Positions 59,601 to 64,000 of a stretch of 64,000 nt of DNA are shown in pieces. The notes beneath the pieces were generated by a model. The model saw nothing but the letters and a program-made list of their open reading frames with translations. It did not search any database and was not told the DNA's origin. The stretch is from Pristiophorus japonicus (Eukaryota), in the NCBI RefSeq assembly GCF_044704955.1, contig NC_091995.1:99386001-99450000 (forward strand). Reading direction: 5' to 3'. Within the stretch, counting starts at the first letter, position 1; each line of letters starts with the position of its first letter. Position numbers and translations under genes: made by a program.

Positions 59601-61411
59601 GCGGGTTTGGGAGAATCCTTTCCTTCCCACAATCAACTATCTGATTCAGAAACAGATCATGTTCATCTTGCATCAGAACTGAGTTCCAGACATAGCTCAG
59701 GGAGGTTGCCCTGATTCTTGTCCAGTAAATTGTGCTAAAACATATCGTGTGTGGACATGAGGTGTGGCCGAGATCAGGCTGTGATATCCCCTAATAGTTG
59801 AACAGCCCATTGACACATACATAAAGAATAGCCACTTGGGCGAGGCACCAGTTAACTAATAAGTGCATGGCTTATTCCTAAATATTTATCTCTCTAAGGA
59901 ACTGTACAGTCTGATATTCTTTAGTTTCAGGTTCTACGCTGTAAATATTGTAAGAAACAGTCTGTATTACATGGATCTTTTATTGAAAAGCCTGGGTAAG
60001 GGGATCAGGCCTACAGTGCAGGACATCTCAAAATTTAAAAAAGAGTAGGAGTAAAGAGAAGGCCAGTTGGGGTGGTGATTAGCTACAGTACGCGGATGAC
60101 GATTGCGTCTGCGCACATTCAGAGGCCGAACTTCAAGCCATCATCAGCATCTTCGCCGAGGCGTACGAGGTGGCCTTGGACAACGTGAACCATTTCCCAT
60201 ACCTCGGGAGCCTACTGCCAGCAAGGGCAGACATTGACGACGAGGTCCAGCACTGCCTTCAGTGTGCCAGCGCAGCCTTCGGTCGCCTGAAGAAGAGAGT
60301 GTTTGAAGACCAAAACCTCAAATCTGGCACTACAGGGCAGTAGTGATACCCGCCGCTCAGAGACGTGGACCATATACAGTAGACAACTCAAAGGGCTGGA
60401 GAAGTACCATCAATGCTCCCTCCACAAGATCCTGCAAATCCACTGGGAGGATAGATGAACCAACGTCAGTGTTCTCGATCAGGCCAACATCCCCAACATC
60501 GAAGCATTGACCACACTCGACCAGCTCCACATGCCCGACACGAAACTCCCAAAGCAAGCGCTCTACTTGGAAGTCTTACATGGCAAGCGAACCCCAGGTG
60601 GGCAGAGGAAATGTTTCAAGGACATCCTCAAAGCCTCCCTGATAAAGTGCAACATCTCCACCGGAACGTTGGAATCCCTGGCCAAAGAGCACCCTAAGTG
60701 GAGGAAGAGCATCCAGGAGGGCGCTGAGCACCTCGAGTCTCATTGCCAAGAGCATGCAGAAATCAAGCACAGGCAGCGGAAGGAGTGTGCGGCAAACCAG
60801 ACTCCCTGCCCACCTTTTCCTCCAGCCACTGTCTGTCCCACCTGTGACTGTAATTCCCGTAATGGACTGTTCAGTCACCTGAGAATTCACTTTTAGAGTG
60901 GAAGCAAGTCTCGATTTTGAGGGACTGCCTATGATGATGATGATTACCATGTTTAGGGTTTAAACATCTATAAACTGTTTGGGGAAGGGCAGACTGAGGG
61001 AGTGAATAGTTCCTGGGGAAGAATGTGTTCGAGTCCGATTCAGTGTTAGGAATCTTGTTTTGGACACACTGGGGATGCAGGGAGAGGACAGAATGTGTAG
61101 GATGGGGGTCTGTAGTTTGAGAACAAAAACAGTCTAATCCTAAAACGTACATTAACTTCTATGGCCAAGGGACACAGGACAGGGCTCTTGAGCAGAACTG
61201 GATTCAAAGTATGAGGGAGAAACATAGAAACATAGAAAATAGGTGCAGGAGTAGGAATTCCCCACTCTCAAATTGAGGCTGTTTATTTTTGCCTCCTGTC
61301 TAGCAGTGACTGCCGGGTACAGTACTCTGGCCATAACAGGCATCTGCAGTGGTGTCCTTCTTATCCTCATCCTCCTGGGTTTCAGTATGTGCTTCTGTTT
61401 ATCCAAGAAAG
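47692..61411 (+). CDS. LRC-like Ig receptor: split leader, one C2-type Ig domain, uncharged TM; cytoplasmic exons not identified (partial)
   Basis: Exons 47692-47716 (MILILLLV, donor GTGAGT), 49387-49416 (30-nt mini-exon VQITEHRSAA, donor GTTAGT), 58876-59154 (Ig) and 61304/61307-61411 (TM ..LAITGICSGVLLILILLGFSMCFCLSKK, donor GTGAGT). All introns are phase 1. Confidence 0.75.
48385..49255 (-). mobile_element. Non-LTR retrotransposon RT C-terminal fragment (family unassigned)
   Basis: LSTIYKAQVRSVMEHSPLAW..DTIQDKAA and SWNSLP..FKKAAHHHLL motifs. Confidence 0.7.
50425..54975. repeat. ~4.5-kb C-rich minisatellite, unit (C)nTCACTGACCCA, ~16-20 bp
   Basis: Continuous tandem array with variable C-run length. 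Confidence 0.97.
55150..56900. repeat. Interstitial telomere-like array (CCCTAA/CCCAAA/CCCTGA) with N-runs
   Basis: Perfect (CCCTAA)n stretch at ~55195-55236; N blocks at 55259-55410, 55640-55798, 55911-56305, 56348-56545 and 56736-56900. Confidence 0.9.
56980..58388 (+). mobile_element. Two CR1 fragments (~56980-57270 and ~57390-58388)
   Basis: RFADDTK, RPHLEYC and NLWNSLP motifs; TTCTTATG tail at ~58372-58388. Confidence 0.85.
58400..58815. repeat. Degenerate pentamer satellite (CCCAA/CCCTA/CCTAA)
   Basis: Visible low-complexity array with a repeated CCTACCCAACTTAACTCAACCCAA unit, ending ~60 bp before the Ig exon. Confidence 0.85.
58876..59154 (+). CDS. Ig domain exon of the plus-strand receptor (not in the ORF track)
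   Basis: EILPKPPITTSHAYCTEGDTIFLSCIPPSKSIKYLFYKDEKFLETIQGDANYGILKIEGMTAWNQGNYSCVNEAATNEWSNRSEPVTVYVRLR; LPKP and WS.RSEP hallmarks; tgcag acceptor, GTGAGA donor. Confidence 0.87.
59290..59520 (-). mobile_element. Penelope-like element fragment
   Basis: FEEQHFIFRLGTLQPSGLNIEFNNF*, similar to a GIY-YIG endonuclease C-terminus. Confidence 0.6.
60082..60943 (+). mobile_element. Degenerate RTE-clade LINE
   Basis: LQYADD, MPDTKLPKQALY and CPTC..H..H motifs; (GAT)n tail. Confidence 0.82.
61304..61411 (+). CDS. TM exon of the plus-strand receptor
   Basis: TAGCAG tandem acceptor, uncharged hydrophobic run, juxtamembrane Cys residues and KK, phase-1 GTGAGT donor. Confidence 0.75.
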
Positions 61412-61861
61412 GTGAGTGTGAAATCCATCCCTTGGGAAGAGCTGAACGTTACCGATAGCGACCATTAGACTATCCTGGACAGTGCAGGATGGGGCACTAT
61501 TCAAGCAGGTGCTTCAGGTCATTTCAGACGGTACTCCCTCGGCATGACCTTTTCTCTCAATCTTTAATGTACCCTTTCCTCTTTAATCTTCTCTCCTCTT
61601 CTAAACATACTGACATTTGATAGTTCGCTGTGCAACCTCTCACAAATATTGGGTGTCTCACTCTCGCCACTGAATCAGCAATTTTCTTCCAATAAGTTTG
61701 CAGCTTCTCATGTAAATTGTATCTCCCCATAGACAGGTTGTTCAAATCATGTCTCTGGTATAAACCCTGGCCACTACTCGCCTTTATTTTCGGTGATGAC
61801 ATTGCGAGAGGACTAGATTCGGCTTAACTTGGATGGCCTTCTCATAGTCAAACTTCAGTTA

Positions 61862-62295
61862 CGTGGATAGACTGGAGAAGCCGGGGTTGTTCTTCTTGGA
61901 GCAGAGAAGGTTGAGAGGGGATTTGATCGAAGTGTTCAAAATCATGAGGGGTCTGGACAGAGTAGATCGAGAGAAACTGTTCCCATTGGTGGAAGGGTCG
62001 GGAACCAGAGGACACAGATTTAAGGCGATTGGCAGAAGAACCAAAGGCGACATGAGGGAAAACATTTTTACGCAGCGAGTGGTTAGGATTTGGAATGCGC
62101 TGCCTGAGGGGATGGTGGAGACAGACTCAATCGTGGCTTTCAAAAGGGAGTTGGATAAATACCTGAAGGAAAAAATTGTGCAGAGTTACAGGGAAAGGGC
62201 GGGGGAGTGGGACTGGCTGAGGTGCTCTTGCAGAGAGCCGGCACGGGCTCAACGGGCTGAATGGCCCTCTGTGCTGTAACCGTTCTTTGATTCTA
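61862..62295 (+). mobile_element. CR1 3' fragment
   Basis: LEQRRLRGDLIEVFKIM and RIWNALP motifs. Confidence 0.82.
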
Positions 62296-62590
62296 ACACC
62301 TCACCAAATCCCAGCACGGGGTCAGTGCTGAGCACATACTAGCTGCAGTGGAACCAGGCAGTGGGGTGGGAAGAGAAGAGAACTGGGCTAAGAGGCAATG
62401 TGAACTCATTGGGTTGTACCCCAGGGGCTGTGGGTGACAGTGATTATTCTCCAGGCACACAAGATAGTGGCAAAATGGCCAACCCACTTGAGGGGAAGGT
62501 AAAGGAGATTGGTAAGTAGTTTTTCTTTTTCTTTTCTATTTCACATTTAGCATTGTTGTTGCCAATTTAAGTTAATCTAAGGGTTAAGTC

Positions 62591-63538
62591 ATGGCAGGAG
62601 AGCTCGGACACGTGTTATGCTCCTCCTGTACTATGTGGGAAGTCAGGGATGCTTCCGGTGTCCCTGACGACTACGTGGGCAGGAAGTGTATCCGCCTCCA
62701 GCTCCTGACGGTCCGCGTTGCGGCACTGGAGCTGAGGGTGGATTTACTCTGGAGCATCCACGATGCTGAGAATGACGTGAATAGCACGTTTAGCGAGTTG
62801 GTCTTACCGCAGGAGAAGGGTACACAGCCAGATGGTAAATGGAAGACCAACAGGAAGAGCAGTGCAATGAAGGTAGTGCAGGGGTCCCCTGTGGTCATCC
62901 CCCTGCAAAACAGATACACTGCTTTGAGTACTGTTGAGGGGGATGACTCACCAGGGGAGGGCAGCAGCAGCCAAGTTCATGGCACTGTGGCTGGTTCTGC
63001 TGCACAGGAGGGCAGGAAAAAGAGTGGGAGAGCAATAGTGATAGGGGATTCGATTGTAAGGGGAATAGATAGGGGTTTCTGCGGCCGCAACCGAGACTCC
63101 AGGATGGCATGTTGCCTCCCTGGTGCAAGGGTCAAGGATGTCTCGGAGCGGGTGCAGGACATTCTGAAAAGGGGGGGTGAACAGCCAGTTGTCGTGGTGC
63201 ATATAGGTACCAACGATATAGGTAAAAAAAGGGATGAGGTCCTACGAGACAAATTTAGGGAGCTAGGAGCTAAATTAAAAAGTAGGACCTCAAAAGTAGT
63301 AATCCCAGGATTGCTACCAGTGCCACGTGCTAGTCAGAGTAGGAATCGCAGGATAGCTCAGATGAATACGTGGCTTGAGGAGTGGTGCAGCAGGGAGGGA
63401 TTCAAATTCCTGGGACATTGGAACCGGTTCTGGGGAAGGTGGGACCAGTACAAACCGGACGGTCTGCACTTAGGCAGGACCGGAACCAATGTCCTAGGGG
63501 GAGTGTTTGCTAGTGCTGTTGGGGAGGAGTTAAACTAA
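62591..63538 (+). mobile_element. CR1 LINE ORF1 (Zn-finger-like region + coiled coil + SGNH/GDSL esterase domain), open frame
   Basis: CSSC..RKC N-terminus; esterase blocks VIGDSIVRG, PGA, VVHIGTND and DGLHL. Confidence 0.9.
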
Positions 63539-63699
63539 CATGGCAGGAGGATGGGAACCTATGCAGGGAAACAGAGGGAAATAAAATGGAGACAAAAGCA
63601 AAAGATAGAAATAAGAATAGTAAAAGTGGAGGGCAGAGAAACCCAAGGCAAAAACAAAAAGAGCCACATTACAGAAAAATTCTAAAGGGGCAAAGTGTA

Positions 63700-64000
63700 T
63701 TAAAAAGACAAGCCTGAAAGCTCTGTGCCTCAATGCGAGGAGTATTCAGAATAAGGTGGACAAATTAACTGCGCAGACAGCAGTTAACGGATATGATGTA
63801 ATTGGCATCACGGAGACATGGCTCCAGGGTGACCAAGGCTGGGAACTCAACATCCAGGGGTATTCAGCATTTAGGAAGGATAGGCAGAGAGGAAAAGGAG
63901 GCGGGGTGGCATTGCTGGTTAAAGAGGAAATTAATGCAATAGTAAGGAGGGACATTAGCTTGGATGATGTGGAATCTGTATGGGTGGAGCTGCGGAATAC
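63700..64000 (+). mobile_element. CR1 ORF2 N-terminal apurinic-like endonuclease (runs off the window)
   Basis: LNARSIQNK, DVIGITETWL and FRKDR..GGGVALLVK motifs. Confidence 0.88.

Overview
This is eukaryotic, intron-containing DNA from a vertebrate; the repeat content suggests a cartilaginous fish (inference). Four protein-coding gene models can be built from splice sites and reading phase. (1) The 5' end of an unidentified Glu-rich gene on the minus strand (ATG 7717, running off the left edge), with an RFX X-box beside its start. (2) A complete 11-exon WBP11 on the minus strand (25917-11629, 637 aa). (3, 4) A head-to-head pair of Ig-superfamily receptor genes that the ORF track shows only as fragments, both with LRC-like (LILR/OSCAR/GPVI/CHIR-like) architecture. 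One is a complete minus-strand 2-Ig receptor with a split leader, Arg and His in the TM and a very short tail (activating type; 45462-27760). The other is a plus-strand 1-Ig receptor with a split leader and an uncharged TM whose tail was not identified (candidate inhibitory partner; 47692 to beyond 61411). The rest is CR1, RTE, L2, Penelope-like and SINE copies (several nested), one solo LTR, long G/C-skewed minisatellites, telomere-like arrays and N-runs. All exon calls were read by eye; no searches were run.
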